Assembly: GCA_050010515.1 (NCBI GenBank)
Contig: JBEKKX010000007.1
Span: 9,068-73,067 of the forward strand
DNA length: 64,000 bases
Reading direction: 5' to 3'
DNA from: Candidatus Bathyarchaeia archaeon
Lineage (GTDB): Archaea > Thermoproteota > Bathyarchaeia > Bathyarchaeales > Bathycorpusculaceae
Each line of letters begins with the position of its first letter. Positions within the stretch are counted from its first letter, which is position 1. Shown here piece by piece: positions 39,883 through 49,880 of this stretch. A program made the translations under genes and the position numbers. The notes below the pieces were generated by a model. It searched no databases, was not told the DNA's origin, and saw only the letters and a program-made list of their open reading frames with translations.

Positions 39883-40611
39883 CTATAGTTTCTCTGCCAC
39901 TAACTCTTTTGCCCAACCAGCTATAAACTCAACATTAAGCTTAGACAAATACCAAAATGTCTTAACGCTAAGATTAATTAATGCTGCAAACGGCGTAAAA
40001 ATGAACCTAGCAACCATTCGTCTAACAAGCTGAAAAACAGTAAAGTGACCATACCGCCTATACGCTATACCAATTGTAACATAGTTCTTGGATGAGCCAA
40101 GGTGGGTTGCGCCGAGAAATGGGAGAACTCTCCAGCGGTATCCTGCTTTTTCCACGTATCTTTTCAAATACTGGTCTTCACCAAAGAATAATGCTGGCGG
40201 ATTGTAACTCTCCATTAATTTACGGCGTATAATTATGTTGTTGATGTGTGGGGAAGTGTCTATCTTGTTTAGTTTAACCACAGTTCCAACCATGCGGTCA
40301 TAGGCGGCAACATGCTTGTTCTTATGAACTGCCACTGTTCCTATAGCGCCGACGTTGGGCGCAATCTTTGCGGTAACTTGTTGCAACCAATTTTTCGGCA
40401 AAAGCATGTCATCATCGACCATTGCGACCCATTCAGTTTTAGCTTTCAAAACAGCTCTTTTTCGTGCAGTGCTTAGTGGTCGTTCTCTTGTGATTATTAT
40501 TTGCCCAGCGCATGGCATATGCTCTAGAATGTGAAGCAAGCTGTCGTTTGGTTTGTCCCTTGTAGGGATAACAAAATCGACTTTTATGTTCGCTTCTGAG
40601 CATAATGGCAT
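39883..40611 (-). CDS. Glycosyltransferase family 2
   Basis: VIPT, AR..A and EWVAMVDDD (DxD) motifs; GED. Confidence 0.8.
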   Translation of the reverse strand: MPLCSEANIKVDFVIPTRDKPNDSLLHILEHMPCAGQIIITRERPLSTARKRAVLKAKTEWVAMVDDDMLLPKNWLQQVTAKIAPNVGAIGTVAVHKNKHVAAYDRMVGTVVKLNKIDTSPHINNIIIRRKLMESYNPPALFFGEDQYLKRYVEKAGYRWRVLPFLGATHLGSSKNYVTIGIAYRRYGHFTVFQLVRRMVARFIFTPFAALINLSVKTFWYLSKLNVEFIAGWAKELVAEKL

Positions 40612-40689
40612 AGTGCATAATGGTTTTTTCGGCAGATAAATAGTTTATCAATTTGGGGACCTGCGTAATATAAAGCTAAAGAATTTATT

Positions 40690-41547
40690 TCATTGGCTGA
40701 TTTTTTTAGAGCTTGTACCGTGTATATATCCTAAGAGCCAACATAATCTGATGATAGGATAGCTTAGCATCAATCTGGAATCATGCATTCTTAGAGCCAT
40801 CTTAAAACTTGAAATTGGAGATTTAGCAAATCTAAGAAGGAGAGAACTTAGGTTTTCGTTTTCATATAAACTGAGGCTTTTGAGACGACTGTAAATTTGA
40901 GGTAAACTGGAGCCGTAAAAGTAATAATGTTTAAACTCATTCAAAAGGCCGCCATAATGTAAATGTAAACTTTTAACATTATAATCCACCAACCATTTAT
41001 ATCCCTTTGAATCAAGCAAATGGAAAACAAAGGTATCGATACCAGCAAAATTTACCTTTGGAAATCCTCCAATAGACCTTAAAGCCTCTGTATTCCAAAT
41101 CGTATTATCTAATGTTTTTCCATAACCACCGTAAAAATCAATATCTTTCCTAGTTAACTGATAAGGTTCAACACTAAAGCAAAAATTATTTCTAGGAAGG
41201 AAACGCAGTCCACAAGCTGCACCAACACCTTCTTTATTCAAAATTAAAGCAGAAACTTTATTCCACCAATTACTGGACAAAAATACGTCTTGTTCAAAAC
41301 TGCAAAAATAACTAGTTTGGATATGTTTAAGCGCTGTGTTCGCGGCGTCACTTATCCCTTTGCCTTCATTCTTTATAACATTCCAACCATATTTTCTTGC
41401 AACAGTAACTGTATTATCTTTACTACCATCATCAACAATCAATCTTTGATTAACAATATCTTTAGGGATAATCTCATTAATGCGGCTAAGGACGAGTGGT
41501 AAAGTTTTTTCACCGTTTAAAGTCCACATTACCAAATCAACTTTCAA
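40690..41547 (-). CDS. Glycosyltransferase family 2 (AT-rich gene)
   Basis: IVDDGSKDNT, GISDAAN.AL and GGF motifs; EQD in place of DxD. Confidence 0.85.
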   Translation of the reverse strand: MKVDLVMWTLNGEKTLPLVLSRINEIIPKDIVNQRLIVDDGSKDNTVTVARKYGWNVIKNEGKGISDAANTALKHIQTSYFCSFEQDVFLSSNWWNKVSALILNKEGVGAACGLRFLPRNNFCFSVEPYQLTRKDIDFYGGYGKTLDNTIWNTEALRSIGGFPKVNFAGIDTFVFHLLDSKGYKWLVDYNVKSLHLHYGGLLNEFKHYYFYGSSLPQIYSRLKSLSLYENENLSSLLLRFAKSPISSFKMALRMHDSRLMLSYPIIRLCWLLGYIHGTSSKKISQ

Positions 41548-41751
41548 TCCTTATCCTCCCCTAACAGGATATCACAGAAAAATCTGAGATGTGACTTTAT
41601 TAATCTTCTTGTAATTACGTGGTGCCACACTCAAATTCGTTAGGCTCTGTTATTACTTGTTAATGTAAGCTTATAAGTGAAACCTCCTTAGGGTTAAGCT
41701 AAAATAACGATATCTAATAATCAAGAAAGTACGAGAATAGGCGGGAGTAAC

Positions 41752-42885
41752 TTGGCAAAATTCCTTGTAGTTCACCCATACTTAGACATTTACGGCGGAG
41801 GCGAAAGAGTTTGCCACAACGTAATCAAAACATTAGTCGCTCACGGTCAAAACGTGGAATTGTTAACTTTTGATTTTGAAGCTGACCGGTATAGGGAGAT
41901 TGTAGGCGAAGACTTTCCTCAAAGCGTCATTATTCATTCTTTGGGAAAAAGAATTGAGGTTGAGCCACCATTCACCATCTATAAAAGGCGTCGCAGTTTT
42001 GTAAAATTACTAAAAAAGTATAGAGATAGCTTAGAATATGACTACTTGTTTTCCACGCAGTCATCCGCCCCGTTTGAACCTGTTTTCCTAAATAAGGCCA
42101 AAAAGAACATTGCTTATGTTCACTTTCCAGAAATACACTTCGACTATGGCAGGGCTAGGCTGAGAAGGAGACTTTACCTCTGGCTGTTTAAGAAGTGGGT
42201 TGAACAAGGAATAAGTAAACTTGACATGGTTTTCTGCAACAGCAACTATACCAGAGAAATGATTGAACGTTACTGGAAAAGTCACGGTGTAAAAGACCCA
42301 ATTGTTGTTTACCCACCTGTAAACTTGGATAATTTTTGGTGCGATAAGCCACTATCGGAGAGACGTAAAAGAGTAATCTACGTCGCTCGTTTTATTCCAG
42401 TGAAAAGGCATGAAATCATGAAAAAGTTAGCCGCTGATTTGCCATCATACGAGTTTGTAAGCGTTGGCGGATTAATCGAGGCAGAAAAAGGCTGGTTTAA
42501 CAAATTCTCAGAAAACTTGCCCCAAAACTATGCTTTGAAGACTAACTTGCCTGGACAAGACTTAGTCAAAATGCTTCATGACTCCCGAGTGTACGTGCAT
42601 TTAATGGAGGGAGAACACTTCGGCATAGCACCAATAGAAGGGCTAGCAAGCGGATGCTTAACGTTGGTGCATAACAGTGGGGGAATGGAAGAATTTATTC
42701 CAGAAGAATTCCGTTGGCAGAGCTACGATGATTTGAAAGAAAAAATTGTGAGATGCATGGAGTCAACAGAGCAAAGCGTGGAGTGGGAAAGAAAGCGAAA
42801 GGAATTATGGAGCAAAATTTCAGTTCTGAATCCAGAAAGCTTCCAAAATAGTATTTGGTCTCATGTGCAAACGTTAATCAGTTAA
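41752..42885 (+). CDS. Glycosyltransferase family 4
   Basis: GGGERV, NSNYT, VVYPPV and EHFGIAPIEGLASG motifs. Confidence 0.9.
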   Translation: MAKFLVVHPYLDIYGGGERVCHNVIKTLVAHGQNVELLTFDFEADRYREIVGEDFPQSVIIHSLGKRIEVEPPFTIYKRRRSFVKLLKKYRDSLEYDYLFSTQSSAPFEPVFLNKAKKNIAYVHFPEIHFDYGRARLRRRLYLWLFKKWVEQGISKLDMVFCNSNYTREMIERYWKSHGVKDPIVVYPPVNLDNFWCDKPLSERRKRVIYVARFIPVKRHEIMKKLAADLPSYEFVSVGGLIEAEKGWFNKFSENLPQNYALKTNLPGQDLVKMLHDSRVYVHLMEGEHFGIAPIEGLASGCLTLVHNSGGMEEFIPEEFRWQSYDDLKEKIVRCMESTEQSVEWERKRKELWSKISVLNPESFQNSIWSHVQTLIS

Positions 42886-42982
42886 ATTTTATTTTTCCAT
42901 CACGCATGTTAGCAAGCTATGACAAGAACTTTAAGTCGCATAATGGCAGAGGGTTTATAACTAAAATAGCATTTTCCCTTAG

Positions 42983-44506
42983 TTGGCAAATGAAGAAGCA
43001 ATGATAAAGCTAAGAATCGACGTAGATTACCCTTACCCATCGAGGGCTAAAAGCTTTCTTTACCTAGCTTTAGGAATCAAAAAAAGAAAAAGTAAAGATT
43101 ACCTGAAAAACGCTCGAGTCATTGCTAAAATGATTAACGAATCGCCAAAAGAAGTTATGGCTTACTGGTTCTTTACTCCATACACAATCCCAGACAAAAA
43201 ACTGCTCGACTTGCTGAATCCAGACAGGCATGAGGTAGCTCTACACGTTGCAAACGACCCATATCGCGAATGGAAAATCTTAGAAAATGAAACCAACCGA
43301 ACGGTAAAGTACTATACCATTCATGGAACCTCACGGTTACTTGCCCAGTTGTTGTGGGGACGAAAAATTGGGCAAAAGCAAGCTAAGGTTCCCAGCGATT
43401 TCCCGTTAACATCCTTCCAGGAAAACGTTATTCCCACAAAAAGTTTAGACTTTAGAAGCTATAGCCCGCGCGCTTTAGACGTCGTTAAAAAAGAAGCAGA
43501 AGAATTTATTAATCAAAATTACGTGTTGTCTATTCATCCTGAATGGCTCTTTAAAAAGGAGAAAAAAAACCGTAGAGGACCATTTTATCGTGTATTAAAG
43601 AGTATTTTAGAAGTGGATAAGGACCTTGAAACTTTACGGATAAGAAAGAAAGTTTTCTTCAAAATAGCCCATGACATAAAAGAGTACGAAAAAAATATTG
43701 TTTCCACGGACGAGTTCATTGAGAAGCTAGGCGAAAGAGACATAGATATTTTCACTTTCCTTGACAGAAAATGGTGTTGCCCAATTCCTAATCCGCCAAG
43801 CACTTGGATTAAAAGCGAAGATAACGTTGGCTTGCTTGAAATAAAAGACTATGACGCTTGGTGGAGCGACATTGGAAAGAAAACTCGCAATATGGTTCGG
43901 CGGGCAGAGAAAAGCGGCATAAACGTGGCCGTCATCCAGCCAAACGAGAAATTCGCTGAAGGCATATGGAAAATTTACAATGAAACCCCGATAAGGCAAG
44001 AGCGAGCTTTCCCTCACTATGGTGAGCCTCTTCAAACAGTCACTGGAAACATGTTTAAAGCCCAAAACTCCACATTCATCGGTGCATTTTTGCAAGAAGA
44101 GCTTGTAGGATTCATCCAAATAACCTACGGAGACAGCATAGCTATCATTTCTCAGATTCTTTCGATGCAGAAGCACTGGGATAAAGCAGTAAACAATGCG
44201 CTTCTTGCTAAAGCGGTCGAAGTCTGCGCGTCCAAAGGCGAGCGGTGGCTAATGTATGGGCGAATAGGCAATCACCCGTCGCTTGATAGATTTAAAGAAA
44301 GCAATGGGTTTGTCAAGTTCCCAATAACACGTTACTACGTACCTATAACATGGAAAGGCAAAGTTGCTATACGCTTAGGATTGCACAGGGAGTTTAAAGA
44401 TGCCTTGCCACAGCCGCTTAAGGGTCCGCTTATTCCAGTCTTTAACTGGGCGAGCAGAAATAAAATGCGATTCAAACATGGCTTAGTCAAACAAGTAAAA
44501 AGCTGA
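42983..44506 (+). CDS. Two-domain protein: polysaccharide-deacetylase-like N-terminus plus GNAT/FemAB-like C-terminus
   Basis: RIDVD, HEVALH and SIHP motifs; KKTRNMVRRAEKSG and SLDRFKESNGF. Confidence 0.6.
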   Translation: MANEEAMIKLRIDVDYPYPSRAKSFLYLALGIKKRKSKDYLKNARVIAKMINESPKEVMAYWFFTPYTIPDKKLLDLLNPDRHEVALHVANDPYREWKILENETNRTVKYYTIHGTSRLLAQLLWGRKIGQKQAKVPSDFPLTSFQENVIPTKSLDFRSYSPRALDVVKKEAEEFINQNYVLSIHPEWLFKKEKKNRRGPFYRVLKSILEVDKDLETLRIRKKVFFKIAHDIKEYEKNIVSTDEFIEKLGERDIDIFTFLDRKWCCPIPNPPSTWIKSEDNVGLLEIKDYDAWWSDIGKKTRNMVRRAEKSGINVAVIQPNEKFAEGIWKIYNETPIRQERAFPHYGEPLQTVTGNMFKAQNSTFIGAFLQEELVGFIQITYGDSIAIISQILSMQKHWDKAVNNALLAKAVEVCASKGERWLMYGRIGNHPSLDRFKESNGFVKFPITRYYVPITWKGKVAIRLGLHREFKDALPQPLKGPLIPVFNWASRNKMRFKHGLVKQVKS

Positions 44507-44520
44507 ACCTGCGTAGGCGC

Positions 44521-44790
44521 CTAAAGTAGAAGATTGGTAAGGAGATTATTCAGTTCTTGCTTGTTCTTGATGCTTCTAAAAATAGCTTTTCCGCTTGAGT
44601 AGAGGCGGAAAGAAGTGTCCTGAAACGTTAATTCAAAAATTATCCCAGCTATAGTATTTTTCAATTGGGCTTTTTTTAAAATACGTGCGATGGCTTCATC
44701 CTTCTTGTCGTACTTGAAAACTACTATGACGTCTTTTTCTTCACCACATGTTCCTTCAATTCGGGCCACGTAATCTTCAACGGTTGCCAT
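44521..44790 (-). CDS. Hypothetical protein
   Basis: 89 aa; start overlaps the sufS stop. Confidence 0.65.
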   Translation of the reverse strand: MATVEDYVARIEGTCGEEKDVIVVFKYDKKDEAIARILKKAQLKNTIAGIIFELTFQDTSFRLYSSGKAIFRSIKNKQELNNLLTNLLL

Positions 44791-46022
44791 TAAAAATGTT
44801 CGATCTCCTTTAAAACTTCAACGAAACGGTCAATTTCTTCGCGTGTGTTATAAATGTAAAAGCTTGCTCGGTCAGAGGAGTGCAGTTTTAGAACTTGTTG
44901 ATGCAGCGGCTGTGCGCAATGATAACCGCTCCGTATCATTATTCCGTAATTGTCACAGATGAGTGCAACATCATGTGACGATAATCCTTTAACGCTGAAA
45001 GGTATTATGCCGCATTTCTTGGAAAGGTCGAGAGAACCATGAATCGTAACTTTACTGCATTCTTGCATGCGTTCAACTGCATACTTAGTTAACGCTTTCT
45101 CGTGGCTTAGCACCTCGTCCATGCCAATAGCTTCAAGATACTTTACGGCTTCTGCTAAGCCAACGGCGCCGCCAACGTTAGGGGTGCCTGCTTCAAACTT
45201 CCACGGCGAGTCATTCCATATTATGCTGCAGCCTTTGCCTTGGCTAAACTCCACTTCCTTTACCATTTCTCCCCCACCTTGGAATGGCCCCATCTTCTCA
45301 AGCAGTTCCTTTTTTCCATAAAGCACTCCTATACCTGTGGGTCCAAGCATTTTATGTCCAGAAAAAGCCAGAAAATCCATATCCAAATCCTGAACATTAA
45401 CCGCCAAGTGCGGCGCTGACTGTGCGCCATCAACCAGCATTAACGCGCCATTGTCATGTGCAACTTTTGCAATTCGTTTGACATCGTTAATTATGCCTGT
45501 AACGTTTGAAACATGGCTTAAGCAGGCAATCTTTGTTTTGCTTGAAAATTTGCTTTCAAAATCATCGTAATCTAATGTGCCGTCAGCATTTACATTGGCA
45601 TATTTTATTGTGAAACCCTTTAGTTTAGAGATGATTTCCCAGGGAACAATATTGCTATGATGCTCCATTAGGGAAACTAAAACTTCGTCGTCCTTGCGTA
45701 GGTTGCTTAGCCCCCAAGAATACGCAACTAAGTTGATGGCTTCCGTTGTACCCCTAACAAAAACAAGTTCTGAAGACTCTTTGGCGTTGATGAATTTTGC
45801 GATTTTTTCCCGTGACTTCTCATAAAAATCCGTTGCCTCCAATGACAGGGTATGGACTGCTCTGTGCACGTTGCCGTTGTGGTTTTCATAGAAGTCGCTT
45901 ATGGCGTCTATTACTTGGCGGGGTTTCTGGGTGGTTGCTGCATTGTCAAAATAAATTAGGGGATTGTTATTTATTTGGCGTTTTAATATTGGAAAATCTT
46001 GACGAATCGCTTGGGTGTCCAC
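44790..46022 (-). CDS. sufS: Cysteine desulfurase, SufS type
   Basis: YFDNAATTQKP, MEHHSN, SGHKMLGPTGIG and RSGYHCAQP motifs. Confidence 0.95.
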   Translation of the reverse strand: MDTQAIRQDFPILKRQINNNPLIYFDNAATTQKPRQVIDAISDFYENHNGNVHRAVHTLSLEATDFYEKSREKIAKFINAKESSELVFVRGTTEAINLVAYSWGLSNLRKDDEVLVSLMEHHSNIVPWEIISKLKGFTIKYANVNADGTLDYDDFESKFSSKTKIACLSHVSNVTGIINDVKRIAKVAHDNGALMLVDGAQSAPHLAVNVQDLDMDFLAFSGHKMLGPTGIGVLYGKKELLEKMGPFQGGGEMVKEVEFSQGKGCSIIWNDSPWKFEAGTPNVGGAVGLAEAVKYLEAIGMDEVLSHEKALTKYAVERMQECSKVTIHGSLDLSKKCGIIPFSVKGLSSHDVALICDNYGIMIRSGYHCAQPLHQQVLKLHSSDRASFYIYNTREEIDRFVEVLKEIEHF

Positions 46023-46024
46023 GA

Positions 46025-46531
46025 TTACTTCTCTGCCTCTATCTTTAGCCTCTTAGACAGCATCTTTGCCAGCTCTTCTTCTTCCAGCGCCTGTTTTTCT
46101 TCAAAAGTGTGTTCCGCAGGCATCCAACTGGGTGCGGCTGCGCCTTTTTCTTTGTAGTATTGCCTGATTGCACGTTTTAGGGCGCCTACGGCTAGGACTC
46201 CGCAGTGGAATTTGACGCTTGGTAAGCCGCCGATTTCCTCAGTTACTTTCTTCCAAGTTATGTCTTTCCATGCAGCTTCAAGGCTTAAGCCCTTAACCAT
46301 TTCTGTAACTATGCTGGATGTGGCAATGTTTGCTGCGCAACCGTAACTTTCGAAACTTGCCCTCTCAATTATGTCTTGGCTGCTTATTTTTAGGTAGAAG
46401 GTTATCATGTCTCCGCAGGCTGGGTTTCCAGCGACTGCTACGACAGTGGCATCTTCCATTTTTCCCAGATTCTTGGGGTTTCTGAATAAATCCATCACTT
46501 TTGGGTTGTAAGGTAGTGGTATACGCGACAC
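46025..46531 (-). CDS. iscU: Fe-S cluster scaffold IscU/NifU
   Basis: NPKNLG, GNPACGD, GCAANIA and KFHC motifs. Confidence 0.93.
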   Translation of the reverse strand: MSRIPLPYNPKVMDLFRNPKNLGKMEDATVVAVAGNPACGDMITFYLKISSQDIIERASFESYGCAANIATSSIVTEMVKGLSLEAAWKDITWKKVTEEIGGLPSVKFHCGVLAVGALKRAIRQYYKEKGAAAPSWMPAEHTFEEKQALEEEELAKMLSKRLKIEAEK

Positions 46532-46533
46532 TT

Positions 46534-47757
46534 TTAATCAACTCCTGTTGAGCCAACTATCCCTCTTATTCGATTCACACCTGTTGGTAGAACTTTCAAA
46601 ACGTAAGCTATATCCTCTTCTGTAAGATAACGCGTAGTTTTCATGAGTATACTGCCGTGTGCTTCACTGAATCTGCGGCCAATGGCGACAAGAACGTGGC
46701 TTGGCTGAAGCAGTCTTCGGCTGCACGCGCTGCCGCTGGAAACGTAAACTCCTTTGAGGCTTAACTCGATGGTTAGTGCTTCACCTTCAGCGCGTAGAAT
46801 GCTGACGTTGGCGTTGTCAGGCGACCGCTTATCGCCTTTTGGACCATTAAAACGCAGGTCGGTGAGTTCGCTAAATATGCCGTCAACAAGCTTATCGCGT
46901 AACATTCGCATCTTAGCGGTGTTTGCTTCGAAGTTTTGGAATGCAAGCTCCGAAGCTTTTGTGAAACCGACGATTAATGGGGTGTTTTCGATTCCTGGCC
47001 AAAGCTTCTGTGTTCCAATTTGCCCTTCGAGAATACGTTCCATGTTTATGCCGTCTCGCATGTACATTGCTCCCATGCCGCGTGGACCTTGAATCTTGTA
47101 GCTGCTGATTGTGGCTAAGTCTACCTTTAGGTTTTGCACATTAAAGGGAATTCTGCCATAAGCGTCAGAAGCGTCTGTGTGGAAGAGTGCTTGCGGGTTT
47201 TTGGCTTTAACAATGTCAACAGCTTCCTTAATCGGCTGCACTGTCCCAATCTCGTTGTTCACGGCTGAAACGCTGACAAGTATGGTTTCGTTGTCAACTG
47301 CTTCTTTGAGTTTTTCAAGGTTGATGAACCCTTCTTGGTCAACTGGGATTTTTGTGGTTGTGAAACCGAACTTCTGCATCATCTCAGCAACCTGCAACAC
47401 GTTGATTGGTTCGATTTCGGATATGATGATTTTTTTGCCTTTGCTTTTTTGGGCGAAGGCTGAGCCCATGATGGCTAGGTTGTTTGCTTCTGTTTCGCTT
47501 GGTGTGAAAGTGATTTCTTCAAGGATTTTTGCGCCAATGGTCTTGCTGATTTTCTGGAAACTGTTCATTATTACTTCGAAGGCTTCCCAGCCGGGTTTGT
47601 GGGTTAATGTGGGGTTGCCGTAGGCTTTCTGGTTAAAGTAGGGCAGCATAGCGTCCACTATTTCTTGGGGAACTATGCTGGAGTTCTCGTTGTCAAGGTA
47701 AACTTCGTGTGTTATACCTTCATGCAGTTTAAGGAGTTCTTTCACGTTTTCAACCAT
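46534..47757 (-). CDS. iscS: Cysteine desulfurase, IscS/NifS type (divergent)
   Basis: YLDN, YGNP, TEANNLAI, NNEIGTVQP, KIQGPRG and SSGSACS motifs. Confidence 0.85.
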   Translation of the reverse strand: MVENVKELLKLHEGITHEVYLDNENSSIVPQEIVDAMLPYFNQKAYGNPTLTHKPGWEAFEVIMNSFQKISKTIGAKILEEITFTPSETEANNLAIMGSAFAQKSKGKKIIISEIEPINVLQVAEMMQKFGFTTTKIPVDQEGFINLEKLKEAVDNETILVSVSAVNNEIGTVQPIKEAVDIVKAKNPQALFHTDASDAYGRIPFNVQNLKVDLATISSYKIQGPRGMGAMYMRDGINMERILEGQIGTQKLWPGIENTPLIVGFTKASELAFQNFEANTAKMRMLRDKLVDGIFSELTDLRFNGPKGDKRSPDNANVSILRAEGEALTIELSLKGVYVSSGSACSRRLLQPSHVLVAIGRRFSEAHGSILMKTTRYLTEEDIAYVLKVLPTGVNRIRGIVGSTGVD

Positions 47758-47876
47758 ACAGTATCCTCCTGTTTTATGGGATAAGATAACTCATCACCTT
47801 GCTAGTATCTAGTTCAAGTAAAAAAACCTAACCACTACTCAGTTTTTGTTCTCAATTGCTGTTGAATTACTTTAAC

Positions 47877-48302
47877 CTAGCAGATTGAATCTAGACCGCT
47901 TACTGCCTTTGCGTATGAGACAAGGTCTGGAGTATCCAATTGGTCTAATGTTTTGATTTGTTTTTGAAGTTTGTTAATCAAGCCATTGGCATCATGATTA
48001 AGCTTCTGGAAAAGTTCTTTACCTTTTTCAGTAAGAAAATAATCGTACCTATACGAATTATAACCAGTTGCAGTTACAGTCTCTTTTAACAGCTTTACGC
48101 CGACGAGAGTGTTTATTGTTTCTGAGAGTTCTTCCGAATAAGGCCCGTAAAAGTATGACTTGTACTCAAATGTGAAAGGTATTTTTGATTTGTATTTAAG
48201 TACGCAAATTTCTTTTTGAATGCGTGTTCTGCCTGTAATTTTGTTGTTTTTGTGCGCACCGAAAACAGCAATCAAGAGTGCTATATCGCTATTGGCTGTC
48301 AA
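47877..48302 (-). CDS. YwgA/DUF4065-like winged-helix protein (antitoxin-like)
   Basis: ITGRTRIQK, Y.YGPYSEEL and Y.LTEKG motifs. Confidence 0.7.
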   Translation of the reverse strand: MTANSDIALLIAVFGAHKNNKITGRTRIQKEICVLKYKSKIPFTFEYKSYFYGPYSEELSETINTLVGVKLLKETVTATGYNSYRYDYFLTEKGKELFQKLNHDANGLINKLQKQIKTLDQLDTPDLVSYAKAVSGLDSIC

Positions 48303-49609
48303 ATTTTAATCCCTTCAATGATTTGTTTTAAAGTTGTATTTATTATTTCTTGTTGCACTGGATCTTTTATTTTTGGGTCTGAGTAAATTTTTATTCTGCT
48401 TCGACTTTGTATCGCTCCAACTATACTGGATTTCTTGCGTAATTCTATATACTCGCCAGTTTCTACGTCTTGTTTATCAATTTGTATTTCGCTTGGTGCT
48501 TTGCTGGTTATGATGTCGCATATGTATTCATATTCTGTCTTGTTGTGTTGTTCATTGAATTGTTTTGAGATCTTATCGCTTAATTCGTTAGATTTTTCTG
48601 TTTTTTTCAGCCCTTGCACAAATTCAGGGCTCATTTGAAAATGCTCTTGATCTAATTCTTCGTCAAATAATGCGTTGTATACCTTGCCTGCTTTGATATT
48701 TGCAACTAATTCAGCGGATTTTCCACCAATGTTTGTTAAAACATTTAATAATTCATCGTCGTTTAATTCCAAAAATTTTTTAGTATCCTTAAACCTATCG
48801 ATTATTTTTGAGTCAGTTTTGTTGAGAAGAATAGCTTTTTCGAGCATTTTTTCGGCTATGCGCGAGTCTTGAACATGATAAACAAGGTCATACATACTTT
48901 TCCAAATTACTAGGAATAGTTCAGTTGTAACAATTGCCTGTTGGCTATCTTCTAAGCCGAGTTTACATTTGTTGAGGCATTCTTCGTCTCCTAAAATATT
49001 GTATGAACTTAAGAAATAATCAAGGTCAAAACTATATTTGAGACCAACATGATAAGCGTCTCTTAATAGATAATCAAGTTTGTCTATGTCAAGTGGTCCG
49101 CTTATGATTTGAGAAAGGAACGGATAGTCATGTTTGCCTTGGACTAATTTTATTACCTGATTTTTATCAATCCAATTACCGAGATCAGACGGCAAAGCAT
49201 TTAGAATTATATCTTCTGCTAAGTCCTCATGTGACTTTCCTGAAATTTCTTTCATTGCATAATCGACTGCGTGAGAAAATGGGCCATGTGCAATATCATG
49301 TAAGAAGCCTGCCGCTATGAGTTCTTCCTCATTAGTTTTGAGATTTTTTTCTATAACGCGCTTATTTTTTTCACTCATTTTATAAATTAGTAAACTGTTG
49401 ATTTTTTTTGCTAAGTACATAACACCTAGTGCATGGGAGTACCGGGTATGAATTGCGCCTGGAAAGTCTATGTACGCTTTTAGACCAAGTTGTCTTATGA
49501 ATAGCATTCTTCTTACAGCAGGTTCTTCTTTTATCTTCACGAGCCATGGTGGAAGTTCTATTTTGCCAGCGATGGGGTCTGGAACTACGTGGACTCTTTG
49601 ACTTGACAT
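48299..49609 (-). CDS. HD-domain phosphohydrolase, SAMHD1/YwfO dNTPase-like
   Basis: IRQLG, PGAIHTRYSHALG, LHDIAHGPFSH, DIDKLDYLLRD and VYH motifs. Confidence 0.9.
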   Translation of the reverse strand: MSSQRVHVVPDPIAGKIELPPWLVKIKEEPAVRRMLFIRQLGLKAYIDFPGAIHTRYSHALGVMYLAKKINSLLIYKMSEKNKRVIEKNLKTNEEELIAAGFLHDIAHGPFSHAVDYAMKEISGKSHEDLAEDIILNALPSDLGNWIDKNQVIKLVQGKHDYPFLSQIISGPLDIDKLDYLLRDAYHVGLKYSFDLDYFLSSYNILGDEECLNKCKLGLEDSQQAIVTTELFLVIWKSMYDLVYHVQDSRIAEKMLEKAILLNKTDSKIIDRFKDTKKFLELNDDELLNVLTNIGGKSAELVANIKAGKVYNALFDEELDQEHFQMSPEFVQGLKKTEKSNELSDKISKQFNEQHNKTEYEYICDIITSKAPSEIQIDKQDVETGEYIELRKKSSIVGAIQSRSRIKIYSDPKIKDPVQQEIINTTLKQIIEGIKI

Positions 49610-49880
49610 GATGACTATTTTCTTGCTTTTGCCTAATCAATTTTTGCTATTATAGCAAAGGTTCAATCGTGAGGTAGGTTCTTTACCTGAGGTCTTTTAT
49701 AAAGGCAGAAGTACCGATACAAATTGTAGCCATTAAATCACTAATGGTGACCACAAGTAACCAAAAATTACTAATTTGTTTTTTCAATAGAACAAGACAT
49801 CATCGGGCAAAAAACCATCAAGTTACTAAAAAACTCTAATAACCCACGCAAACCCATACACACTAACAACTAACATCCTA

